A stretch of DNA of 52,185 nt from Thermoanaerobaculia bacterium (GTDB lineage Bacteria > Acidobacteriota > Thermoanaerobaculia > UBA5066), in assembly GCA_049581965.1 (NCBI GenBank), contig JBAUSZ010000048.1, positions 1-52,185 of the forward strand, in the 5' to 3' direction. The translations under genes were made by a program, and so were the position numbers. Every line of letters starts with the position of its first letter. Position 1 is the stretch's first letter. The notes under the pieces are model-generated. The model saw nothing but the letters and a program-made list of their open reading frames with translations. It searched no databases and had not been told where the DNA came from. Positions 17,501 to 24,632 of this stretch are shown one piece after another.

Positions 17501-18505
17501 CAGCTCCTCGCGCTTTCACGCGACCGGCTCGGCCTCGACTTCGACGTCGTGAGCGACCACTCCGAGATGGGCCTCCTCCAGCCGTCGGAGTTTGCGGAGC
17601 TGCGCGGGACCGCCGCGGCGTTCGACGCGCCGGGCCGGTTCGTGAGCCTCACGGGCTGGGAATGGACGGCCGGTTCGAAGTTCGGCCACCGCGTTCTCCT
17701 TTACAAGGACGAAGGACCGTCGCGCGCGCTGCGCTCCTCGGACGCGGAGGGCGACACGATCGAGAAGCTCTACCGCCACGCGAAGGAGCACGACGCCCTG
17801 CTTTCGCCGCACCACACGGGCAACGCGCTGTGGGGACGCTGGAACCCGGCCGCGCCCCACGACGAGGCCCTCGAGCCGAACTTCGAGATCGCCTCCTGGC
17901 ACGGCCGGTACGAGTTCTACGGCAACCCGCGCGAGGGCCGGCGGCAGGTGCCGGGCCACCAGTACCAGGACGCCCTGCGCCTCGGACGGCACGTCGGGGT
18001 CATGGGCGCGAGCGACACGCACCACCTCTCGCCGGGCGAGGGCGGGCTCACGGCCGTCCTCGCCGAGGGGCTGGACCGCGCGTCGATCTTCGAGGCGATC
18101 CGCCACCGCCGGAACTATGCGACGACGGGTGCGCGCATCGTTCTCGAGTTCACGGCGAACGGCGAGCCGATGGGCTCGATTCTGGGGTCGACCTCTCTCC
18201 TGACGCTCGACGTGCGCGTCGAGGGAACCGCCCCGATCGACCGCGTCGAGATCGTGCGGAACCTGAGGGACACGTTCGCGGCCGTCCGGATGCACCAGAG
18301 TCCCGGCGCGCCGGACGGCGAATACGTTCTCTACGACCCGAAAGAACCACAAGGGGTCAACTGGCTCCCGGCGAAGGACACCCGGCGCCTTTCCTTCACC
18401 GTGACGGACACGCCCGACGCGGCAGGGGAGACGAGCTGGTACGTGCGCGTCACGCAGTCCGACGGCCAGCAGGCGTGGTCGTCGCCGGTCTGGGCGCGGC
18501 GCTGA
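14519..18505 (+). CDS. Secreted three-module protein: UshA-like metallophosphatase/5'-nucleotidase + WxxW beta-propeller-like repeats + PHP/DUF3604-like metallohydrolase
   Basis: Signal peptide (LLAVGLLVAAPVLSAAE). Metallophosphatase motifs NDFHS, GDLFTG, GNHEFD, GGHAH. 5'-nucleotidase C-domain (FQNAGGLRADL, TNSFLAQGGD). About seven repeats ending in G.LW.AW (aa ~540-900). C-terminal YFGDPHSHSILSD...VSDHSE...ATTGARIVLEF. Confidence 0.85.
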   Translation: MKSLRAASRLLAVGLLVAAPVLSAAEREVTILYTNDFHSAIDPIPAYWRAGSPRLGGAAQIATLINRIRAREKTTFLFDSGDLFTGTFSFLTKGEALMRLWDVLRVDAMAIGNHEFDYGSGVFTPLMKGASFPVLGANIYDRTTGRRYSSPSVVLERDGLRVGVIGIIGLDARSVALPSGITSLDFTDPVAEVRAAVKELRPKVDLVVVLAHQGKTGPMQTDAEGRPEVQRDFAEDIALAGAVPGIDVFVGGHAHRGIERPYVHPKTGTLIVQTYGYGTRLGYLKLKLKDGRVADYHGELLEVRSDELPPDPDVVRLLAPYRDEARKAAGAPAGTLVKRLVRDYRAESSLGDFVTDVMRRKAGADLAFQNAGGLRADLPAGEVTRANVIDALPFVNSLVTLEMTGRQIREVLEQGLTLERGLVQVSGLTGTYDLGHPIGSRLLSADVGGRPLDDARPYRVATNSFLAQGGDLYTTFLSASKVSDGGVLLSEVVVEALREAGRTEPPAGVRLRQRPSAPSALGRVETLSAPGRFDKYPSVAFDAAGDLWCAYTTTEAGTDRIVVRRRREGAWSEEERLDAGEGLESGAKLVLDGKRRLRVFWHGKRKGEWAVFSRTWNGRAWGEEKRVSAKGRDALHPVVARDSAGRLWVAWEEFKRGGFSISLVGENGSGWSAPAQVASDGTDRRPALGAPPDGGVWLAWDSTRTGNYDVFLLRARSAGAAAPRLDAPVAVTSDAAIDDSPSLACGRDGALWIAWNSTRGHSADEFRTDRHSGDAFVRVYKDAVFSAPLGTAPAALTGQVSFGTVDKSARDTEEPYWHWKQTQNYPSVFLDGAGRAWIVWRTDATGAHNFDLWARVHDGQRWSPELRLTTFSPGRDEFPSAALAPDGSLALAWEAQALPRPGEETTGGDVDAYNTHSSPNVVLVGTLAAPPDGWTPGEIAAAPPDHFDAWPDLEPRSPGPEPRTATEAGGRWHVYFGDPHSHSILSDAKTGLPDQLLALSRDRLGLDFDVVSDHSEMGLLQPSEFAELRGTAAAFDAPGRFVSLTGWEWTAGSKFGHRVLLYKDEGPSRALRSSDAEGDTIEKLYRHAKEHDALLSPHHTGNALWGRWNPAAPHDEALEPNFEIASWHGRYEFYGNPREGRRQVPGHQYQDALRLGRHVGVMGASDTHHLSPGEGGLTAVLAEGLDRASIFEAIRHRRNYATTGARIVLEFTANGEPMGSILGSTSLLTLDVRVEGTAPIDRVEIVRNLRDTFAAVRMHQSPGAPDGEYVLYDPKEPQGVNWLPAKDTRRLSFTVTDTPDAAGETSWYVRVTQSDGQQAWSSPVWARR

Positions 18506-18512
18506 CGGGCGG

Positions 18513-19979
18513 CTACTCCAGCTCGGGCCAGGTCCCCTCTTCGAGCGTCGACTTGACGACGTTCACGAAGGCGTCGCCCTCGGAGCCGTCGATGAGCCGG
18601 TGGTCGAAGGTGAGCGCGATGTAGCCCATCGTCTTGATCGCGAACGAATCGGAGCCGTCCGGCATTTCGACGACCTTCGCGCGCTTCTCGATCGTCCCGA
18701 CGCCCATGATCGCGACCTGCGGCTGGTTGATGACGGGGGTCGCGAAGAGCGAGCCGAAGGAGCCGTGGTTCGTGACCGTGAACGTCCCGCCCGCGACCTC
18801 GTCCGGGAGGAGCTTCTTGGCACGCGCACGTGACGCGAGATCCGTCGCGGCGCGGGCGAGGCCCACGAGGGAAAGATCGTCCGCACGCCGGATGACGGGG
18901 ACGATGAGGCCCCAGTCGAGCGCGACCGCGATCCCGAGGTTCACGTCCCTGTGGAAGACGACGTCGTCGCCCACGATCGAGGCGTTCACGAGCGGGCGCG
19001 CCTTGAGCGCCGCGATGGCCGCACGGAGGACGAAGGGCAGGTACGTCAGCTTCGTGCCGTACTCCTCCTCGAAGCGCGCCTTCACGCGGTTGCGGATTCT
19101 TGCGACGTTCGAGTAGTCGACTTCGAAGACCGTCGTGACGTGAGCGGAGGTTTGCTTGGACTCCACCATCCGCTGCGCGATCTTCCGGCGCATCGGCGTC
19201 ATCGGCTCGATCGAGACGTTGCCGCCGGGGAAGGCGAGCGTGGAGGGCGCACGCGCGGGGACGGGCTCGGTCATCGGGCGTGCGGCGAGCGGGGCGGAAA
19301 GCGAAGGGGGGGATTTCTCAGAAGGCGCGGAGGCGGGCGCCGCCGCGGGCGGCGCGCCTCCGGTTAGAAAGGCCTCGATGTCCTGCTTCGTCACGCGGCC
19401 CGAGATGCCGGTGCCCGAAATCTGCGAGATGTCGACGCCCTTGTCCTCCGCGATCGCGCGGACGACGGGCGACGAGCGCCGCCGGAGCAGGTCTTCCTTC
19501 GATTCGCCGGGCTGCGGCGGCGCGATCGGAGTCGGGGGATAAGAGTAAGAGGGAGATGGGGATTTCTGAGAAGGCGCGGGCGTGAGCACCGCAAACGGGG
19601 CAGGCGGCGCCGCGGGGCTGGCGGCTCTCTCCACCTTCAAAGAATCTTCGGATTTCTCCGAAGGCGCGTGCATCGCCGCCGCGGGCTGGGGCGCTGGAGC
19701 CGCGGCTGGAGCCGGCTGCTGAACGTTCGAAGAATCCTCTCCGGCCTCCGCCAGCCGCGCGACGACCGTGTTGATCGGGACCGTCTGGCCCTCGGGAACG
19801 AGGATCTCGACGAGCGTGCCGGAGGCGGGGGCCGGGATCTCGGCGTCGACCTTGTCGGTCGAGATCTCGAAGAGCGGCTCGTCGCGCTTGACGGGATCGC
19901 CGGGCTTCTTGAGCCACTTCGTGAGCGTGCCCTCGGCGATCGACTCGCCCATCTGCGGCATGATGACGTTCGTCGGCAT
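18513..19979 (-). CDS. 2-oxoacid dehydrogenase complex E2 (dihydrolipoyl acyltransferase)
   Basis: Start at MPTNVIMPQMGESIAEG (ATG 19979). Lipoyl-Lys in EISTDKVDAEIPAP. Subunit-binding domain SPVVRAIAEDKGVDISQISGTGISGRVTKQDI. Catalytic DHRLIDG. The longer track ORF N-terminus is shadow sequence. Confidence 0.9.
   Translation of the reverse strand: MPTNVIMPQMGESIAEGTLTKWLKKPGDPVKRDEPLFEISTDKVDAEIPAPASGTLVEILVPEGQTVPINTVVARLAEAGEDSSNVQQPAPAAAPAPQPAAAMHAPSEKSEDSLKVERAASPAAPPAPFAVLTPAPSQKSPSPSYSYPPTPIAPPQPGESKEDLLRRRSSPVVRAIAEDKGVDISQISGTGISGRVTKQDIEAFLTGGAPPAAAPASAPSEKSPPSLSAPLAARPMTEPVPARAPSTLAFPGGNVSIEPMTPMRRKIAQRMVESKQTSAHVTTVFEVDYSNVARIRNRVKARFEEEYGTKLTYLPFVLRAAIAALKARPLVNASIVGDDVVFHRDVNLGIAVALDWGLIVPVIRRADDLSLVGLARAATDLASRARAKKLLPDEVAGGTFTVTNHGSFGSLFATPVINQPQVAIMGVGTIEKRAKVVEMPDGSDSFAIKTMGYIALTFDHRLIDGSEGDAFVNVVKSTLEEGTWPELE
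19306..19670. repeat. Three dispersed copies of a ~22-bp unit (GGGGATTTCTnAGAAGGCGCGG) inside the E2 linker
   Basis: Copies at 19306-19330, 19557-19580 and 19649-19670. On the coding strand they encode APSEKS / APSQKS / APSEKS. Confidence 0.6.
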
Positions 19980-19996
19980 GTTCGTCTCCGTTCGGG

Positions 19997-21034
19997 TCAG
20001 TACTCCACGAGCTGCCGCGCGGCGGCAAGCAGCGTCTTCGCGTTGGGGAGGAACGCCTCCTCCAGGGGTGGAGAGTACGGCACCGGCGTGTCGGGCGCCG
20101 TGACGCGCAGGATCGGGCCGTCCAGCCACTCGAACGCCTTCTCCGAAAGCGTCGCGGCGATCTCGGCCCCGAGTCCGGCCGTGCGCGTGTCTTCGTGGAG
20201 GATCAGGCACTTGCCGGTCTTCTTGACGGATGTGAGGACGGCGTCCTCGTCCCACGGCATGAGGGTGCGCAGATCGAGAATTTCAGGGGAGATGCCGTCC
20301 ACCTCGAGGGCTGGCGCGGCCTCGAGCGCCGTCCAGAGCATCGCGCCGTACGTCACGATCGTGAGGTCGTTCCCGGGCCTTCGCACGGCGGCCTGACCGA
20401 GGGTGCCGGCGTCCTCGCCGGGGAGCAGGCGGTCGCGCACGCGGCGATAAAGGAACTTGTGCTCGAGAAAGATGACCGGGTCGTCGTCGCGGATCGCGGC
20501 CTTCAGGAGGGCGCGCGCGTCCGCCGCGGTCGCCGGAGCGACGACCTTGAGGCCCGGCGTCTTCACGAAGTACATCTCGGGCGACTGCGAGTGAAACGGC
20601 CCGCCGTGAACGCCGGCGCCCGAAGGGCCGCGCACGACGAGCGGAACGCCGATCCCCGTCCGGTAGCGGTTCTTGGCCGCGAAGTTCGTCAGGAGGTCGA
20701 ACGCGCGCGAGATGAAGTCGATGAACTGCATCTCGGCGACGGGGCGCAGCCCCCGCATCGCCGCGCCGATCGCGGCCCCGACGATCGCCTCCTCGGCGAG
20801 CGGGGTGTCGAGGACGCGCTCCGGTCCGAAGCGCTCGAGGAGGCCCTCGGTCGCCTTGAAGGCGCCGCCGTAGACGCCGACGTCCTCGCCGAGGACGAAC
20901 ACGGACGGGTCGCGCTCCATCTCCTCGAAGAGGGCCTGCCGGATGGCCTCGAGATAGGTCGTCTCCACGCCGGGCCCCTCGCCCGCCGTGAGCGTGTACG
21001 TGACGCCGCCCCGAGCGACGCGCGGGTCGGCCAT
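19997..21034 (-). CDS. 2-oxoacid dehydrogenase E1 component, beta subunit
   Basis: Start MADPRVARGGVTYTLT... at 21034, in an ATGA overlap with the E1alpha stop. TYLEAIRQALFEEMERDPSVFVLGEDVGVYGGAFKATEGL is the typical E1beta N-terminus. Confidence 0.9.
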   Translation of the reverse strand: MADPRVARGGVTYTLTAGEGPGVETTYLEAIRQALFEEMERDPSVFVLGEDVGVYGGAFKATEGLLERFGPERVLDTPLAEEAIVGAAIGAAMRGLRPVAEMQFIDFISRAFDLLTNFAAKNRYRTGIGVPLVVRGPSGAGVHGGPFHSQSPEMYFVKTPGLKVVAPATAADARALLKAAIRDDDPVIFLEHKFLYRRVRDRLLPGEDAGTLGQAAVRRPGNDLTIVTYGAMLWTALEAAPALEVDGISPEILDLRTLMPWDEDAVLTSVKKTGKCLILHEDTRTAGLGAEIAATLSEKAFEWLDGPILRVTAPDTPVPYSPPLEEAFLPNAKTLLAAARQLVEY

Positions 21035-22047
21035 CAGTGGCCTCCCGTGAAGACGCCGGCCCGGCTGCGCCTGGAGAGTGCGTCGTCCGCCCACACGCCC
21101 TCGAAGGCGAGCGACGGGTCGGGGAAGGGAGACGCCTCGGCAAACGCGACGTCGGCGTCGAGAGAACGCTCGATCTCCTCGTGTGCGGCGCGAAAGTCGG
21201 CTGCGGCCAGGATCCCGGACTCGGACAGCACCTTCGCGAAGCGCGCGAGCGGGTCCTGCGCGCGCCACTCGGCGAGCTCCTGCGGGTCCACGTAGGCCTG
21301 CGCGTCGTGCTCGGCGTGGCCCTTCATGCGGTACGTCTTGCACTCGAGGAGCGTGGGCCCCCCGCCCGAGCGCGCGCGGTCGACGGCGGCGCTTGCGACC
21401 TCGTACACGGCGATCGCGTCGTTGCCGTCCACGACCTCGCCCGGGATCCCGTAGCCGATCGCCTTGTCCGCGAGCGTCCTGGCGGCACACTGCTTCTCGA
21501 ACGGCGTCGAGTACGCCCAGCCGTTGAACTCGACGACGAGGACGAGCGGGAGCTTCTGGACGGCGGCGAAGTTGATTCCCTCGTGGAAGGCGCCGACCGA
21601 GGTGCCGCCGTCGCCGAGGTACGTCATGCCGACGACGCGGTTTCCCTTCATGCGCTCGGCGAGGAGCATCCCCGACAGGACGGGAACGAGCGTGCCGAGC
21701 ATCGCGATGGGCGAGTAGACACCCTTCTGGGGAACGGAAAAGTGGAGGTTCGCGTCCTTGCCGTGCGACGGAGAGGTGGCGCGCGCGAGGTACTGGGTGA
21801 AAACGTCGCGAGCCGGGATCCCCCGGGCGAGGACGGAGCCGAGGTTGCGGATGAGCGGCGCGAGGAGGTCGCCCGGCTCGAGGGCGAAGGCGGTCGCGAC
21901 GGACGTCGCCTCCTGTCCGAGCGAGCGGTAGAGGCCCCCGACGACCTTGCCCTGGCGGTACAGGTTCACGAGCCGCTCCTCGAGCAGCCGGTTCAGCAGC
22001 ATCGTGCGGTAGAGGTCCTTCAAGCGCTCGGGAGAGAGGGACGTCAT
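21034..22047 (-). CDS. 2-oxoacid dehydrogenase E1 component, alpha subunit (TPP-binding)
   Basis: Start MTSLSPERLKDLYRTMLLNR (ATG 22047). TPP motif YLGDGGTSVGAFHEGINFAAVQKLPLVLVVEFNGWA. Confidence 0.9.
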   Translation of the reverse strand: MTSLSPERLKDLYRTMLLNRLLEERLVNLYRQGKVVGGLYRSLGQEATSVATAFALEPGDLLAPLIRNLGSVLARGIPARDVFTQYLARATSPSHGKDANLHFSVPQKGVYSPIAMLGTLVPVLSGMLLAERMKGNRVVGMTYLGDGGTSVGAFHEGINFAAVQKLPLVLVVEFNGWAYSTPFEKQCAARTLADKAIGYGIPGEVVDGNDAIAVYEVASAAVDRARSGGGPTLLECKTYRMKGHAEHDAQAYVDPQELAEWRAQDPLARFAKVLSESGILAAADFRAAHEEIERSLDADVAFAEASPFPDPSLAFEGVWADDALSRRSRAGVFTGGH

Positions 22048-22218
22048 GTCGTGGGTCCGCCGCGGAGCACGGCGAGGAGGGCGATTATCGAAGGCGGTGC
22101 CGGGGGGGTCAAACCGGCGTCCTTTCGGCGGGAATCTCCCACGGTGCGCGGGATCACCAAAACCTCCGACGCGGCGCGCAGGGACCACGTCGTTTCGCCC
22201 CGGGACCATGGATTTCCC

Positions 22219-22246
22219 TTGCGGGCGGGCGCTCGCGGCGTAGATT
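22219..22246 (+). promoter_or_regulatory. Candidate sigma70-type promoter (TTGCGG-16 nt-TAGATT) for the Hcp-like gene
   Basis: Hexamers at 22219-22224 and 22241-22246. AGGAGG RBS at about 22260 and ATG at 22271. Pattern match only. Confidence 0.25.
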
Positions 22247-22270
22247 GAATCCCGGTATCAGGAGGCATCC

Positions 22271-23182
22271 ATGACCCACACGAGGTTCTCCGCCGTTTCC
22301 GCCCTCGCTCTTCTTCTCGCCGCCGGCCTCGTCTTCGCCCCGTCCGCGAGCGCGGCCGTCGACGCCTTCCTGAAGATCGACGGGGTCCAGGGTGAGAGCC
22401 TGGACGCGAAACACCCCGGCTGGATCGAGGTGAGCTCCTTCCAGCTCGTTCAGCTCCGGGACTCCGCCAGGGTCGGCGGCGCGAAAACCCGAGTCGGAGC
22501 GGGCAAGGTCAGCGTCCACGACATCAACATCACGAAGTCGACGGACAAGGCGAGCCCCGCACTCATGAAGTTCTGCGCGACCGGAAAGCACATCCCGTCC
22601 GCCACGCTCTCGGTGCGAAAGGCGGGGGGGACCCAGCAGGATTACCTCGTCATCACGCTCAAGGACGTTTTCCTGTCCTCCTATCAGACGAGCGGCGCGC
22701 GAGGCGGCGGCGGGGCGGCGGGCGAGACCTTCGTGTTGAACGCCGCCGACGCGACGATCGAGTATTCGGGGCAGCCGACGCCGGCGGCGGGCGCGAAAAA
22801 CCTCCAGCTCGCGCCCGGTGCACTGCGGTCCGTGAGCCTCGTGCCCCGGATCACCGGCGCCTCCGCGGCGGCACCGTTCGTCGGGACGGGCGTCACGCTC
22901 ACGATCACCTCGACGGGTCCCTGCTCGAACGCCCTCGTCGACTGGGGGGACTCCCCGCTCGGCGGCGAAGGGCACGCTCTCACGGGCGCGTCGACGACGC
23001 TCCCGACGCACGTTTACGCGACGGCCGGCGCCAAGACGATCAAGGTGGGCGGCCGGGACGCCTCCTACTGGAAGAGCAGTCCGAAGATGAGTCCTTCTCG
23101 CGCGGGCGATTGCACGGGGGAGGCGCCTCTGGTGTCCGTGACGCTGCGATCCGGTGCCGTCGCCGCGCCGATCGTCCGGTGA
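22271..23182 (+). CDS. Secreted Hcp-like (T6SS tube protein fold) domain fused to a PKD-like C-terminal domain
   Basis: Sec signal MTHTRFSAVSALALLLAAGLVFAPSASA. Then AVDAFLKIDGVQGESLDAKHPGWIEVSSFQ...GKVSVHDINITKSTDKASPALMKFCATGKHIPSATLSVRKAGGTQQDYLVITLKDVFLSSY, which closely follows the Hcp1 consensus. The C-terminus has VDWGDS...THVYATAGAKTIKVGGRD (PKD-like). Confidence 0.8.
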   Translation: MTHTRFSAVSALALLLAAGLVFAPSASAAVDAFLKIDGVQGESLDAKHPGWIEVSSFQLVQLRDSARVGGAKTRVGAGKVSVHDINITKSTDKASPALMKFCATGKHIPSATLSVRKAGGTQQDYLVITLKDVFLSSYQTSGARGGGGAAGETFVLNAADATIEYSGQPTPAAGAKNLQLAPGALRSVSLVPRITGASAAAPFVGTGVTLTITSTGPCSNALVDWGDSPLGGEGHALTGASTTLPTHVYATAGAKTIKVGGRDASYWKSSPKMSPSRAGDCTGEAPLVSVTLRSGAVAAPIVR

Positions 23183-23265
23183 GGGAGGGACCCGTCCCCT
23201 CGTGACGCGGACGCCGCTGCCGACGCCGACAAAGGCCGCGAAATGAACGGGTACAGGAGGTCACG

Positions 23266-23415
23266 ATGAACACGACTCGCCTTGTGGCCCGCCTTGACAC
23301 CCGGGCCGCGAACCGCCTACGCTCCGCGCCCATGAACGCCGCCACCGTCTCCCGAAAGCGGATGACCGCGACGAAGACGACGCCGCCGTGCGGCGGGCGA
23401 TGGAGCGTCCTGTAG
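23266..23415 (+). CDS. Candidate 49-aa leader peptide ORF upstream of asd
   Basis: AGGAGG lies 5 nt upstream of the ATG at 23266. Translation MNTTRLVARLDTRAANRLRSAPMNAATVSRKRMTATKTTPPCGGRWSVL*. There is a Thr/Lys codon cluster at 23365-23382. Too short for the ORF track. Coding status unproven. Confidence 0.3.
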   Translation: MNTTRLVARLDTRAANRLRSAPMNAATVSRKRMTATKTTPPCGGRWSVL

Positions 23416-23449
23416 GTCGCGGAAATTCGGCGATCACCAGAAGACACCA

Positions 23450-23481
23450 GGGCCCGCCGGAAACGGCGGGCCCTTTCGTTT
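23450..23481 (+). terminator. Rho-independent terminator / attenuator hairpin 15 nt upstream of the asd start
   Basis: Perfect 10-bp GC stem GGGCCCGCCG (23450-59), GAAA loop, CGGCGGGCCC (23464-73), followed by TTTCGTTT. Confidence 0.6.
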
Positions 23482-23495
23482 CGAAGGAGCCCGGC

Positions 23496-24572
23496 ATGTC
23501 ACGACCCGATTCCCGCATTCCCGTGGCCGTCCTCGGCGCGACCGGTGCCGTCGGGCAGCGCCTCGTCTCGCTGCTGGACGGCCACCCGCAGTTCGTCCTC
23601 GCCGAGGTCGCGGCCTCCGAGCGCTCGGCGGGGAGGACGTACGCGGAGGCGACCCGCTGGATCCTTCCGGGAGACATCCCGGAGGAGGCGCGCGGCCTCG
23701 TCGTGACGCAGGTCGACGCCGACTTCGCCTCGCCGGTTCTCCTCTCCGGTCTCGACGCCTCGGTCGCGGACACGATCGAGCCGCTGCAGGCGGGGCGCGG
23801 GAAGCTCGTCGTCTCGAACACCAAATCGTTCCGGATGCGGCCCGACGTGCCGCTCGTGATCCCCGAGGTGAACGCGGACCACCTCGCCCTCCTCGACGGC
23901 CAGCCCACGCGGGCCTCGGGCGGCGGAATCGTGACGAACCCGAACTGTTCCGTCGTCGGGCTCGCGATGGCGCTCGCCCCGCTTCACCGCGCCTTCGGCG
24001 TCGAGGCCGTCGCCGTCACGACGCTGCAGGCTCTGTCGGGCGCGGGCTACCCCGGCGTGCCGTCCCTCGACGCGAACGCGAACGTCATCCCCTTCATCGA
24101 CGGCGAGGAGGAGAAGATCGAACGCGAGCCGAAAAAGATCCTCGGCCGTCTCGAGGGGGGCCGGGTCGTCGATGCCGACTTCCCGATCAGCGTGTCCGTC
24201 AACCGCGTGCCGGTGCGTGACGGACACACCGAGTCGGTCTTCCTGAAGCTCGGGGCGAAGGCCTCCCTGGCGGACGTGAGAGCCGCCCTCGAGGGCTTCA
24301 CCGGAGAGCCGCAGCGCCTGAAGCTCCCGTCGGCTCCCGCGCGGCCGATCGCGGTGCGCGAGGAGCGTGACCGCCCGCAGCCCATCCGCGACGTCGAAGC
24401 CGGCGCCGGCATGACGGTCACCGTCGGCCGCCTGCGTCCCGACCCCGTGTACGACGTGCGCTTCACTTTGCTCGTCCACAACACGGTCCGCGGCGCCGCG
24501 GGCGCGGCCCTGCTCAACGCCGAGCTTCTCCTCGCGCAAGGCCGGCTGGCCGCGCGGACCCCGGTGCGGTGA
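23496..24572 (+). CDS. asd: Aspartate-semialdehyde dehydrogenase
   Basis: ATG at 23496 after AAGGAG. VAVLGATGAVGQRL NAD(P) motif, NPNCS active-site Cys region, and SGAGYPG. Confidence 0.95.
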   Translation: MSRPDSRIPVAVLGATGAVGQRLVSLLDGHPQFVLAEVAASERSAGRTYAEATRWILPGDIPEEARGLVVTQVDADFASPVLLSGLDASVADTIEPLQAGRGKLVVSNTKSFRMRPDVPLVIPEVNADHLALLDGQPTRASGGGIVTNPNCSVVGLAMALAPLHRAFGVEAVAVTTLQALSGAGYPGVPSLDANANVIPFIDGEEEKIEREPKKILGRLEGGRVVDADFPISVSVNRVPVRDGHTESVFLKLGAKASLADVRAALEGFTGEPQRLKLPSAPARPIAVREERDRPQPIRDVEAGAGMTVTVGRLRPDPVYDVRFTLLVHNTVRGAAGAALLNAELLLAQGRLAARTPVR

Positions 24573-24632
24573 CCGGTTGGCCGACGTCCTCGAGTTCGGC
24601 GTGACGCGGGATCCTTCGAGGGGGGAGGCGCG

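Noticed and set aside
22271-23182. Hcp-like gene as a marker of a type VI secretion locus.
   Set aside because: No other T6SS components are present anywhere in the 52-kb window, and the protein carries a Sec signal peptide. I report it as an orphan or repurposed Hcp fold, not as a T6SS locus.
23183-23495. Lysine (L-box) riboswitch upstream of the asd-dap-lysA cluster.
   Set aside because: I could not find the conserved L-box elements (an AGAGGCGC-type 5' box, or GGGGAGUAG / CCGAAG / UGUCAC-like internal loops). The region is better described as a small ORF plus a terminator hairpin. A covariance-model scan (Rfam RF00168) would settle it.
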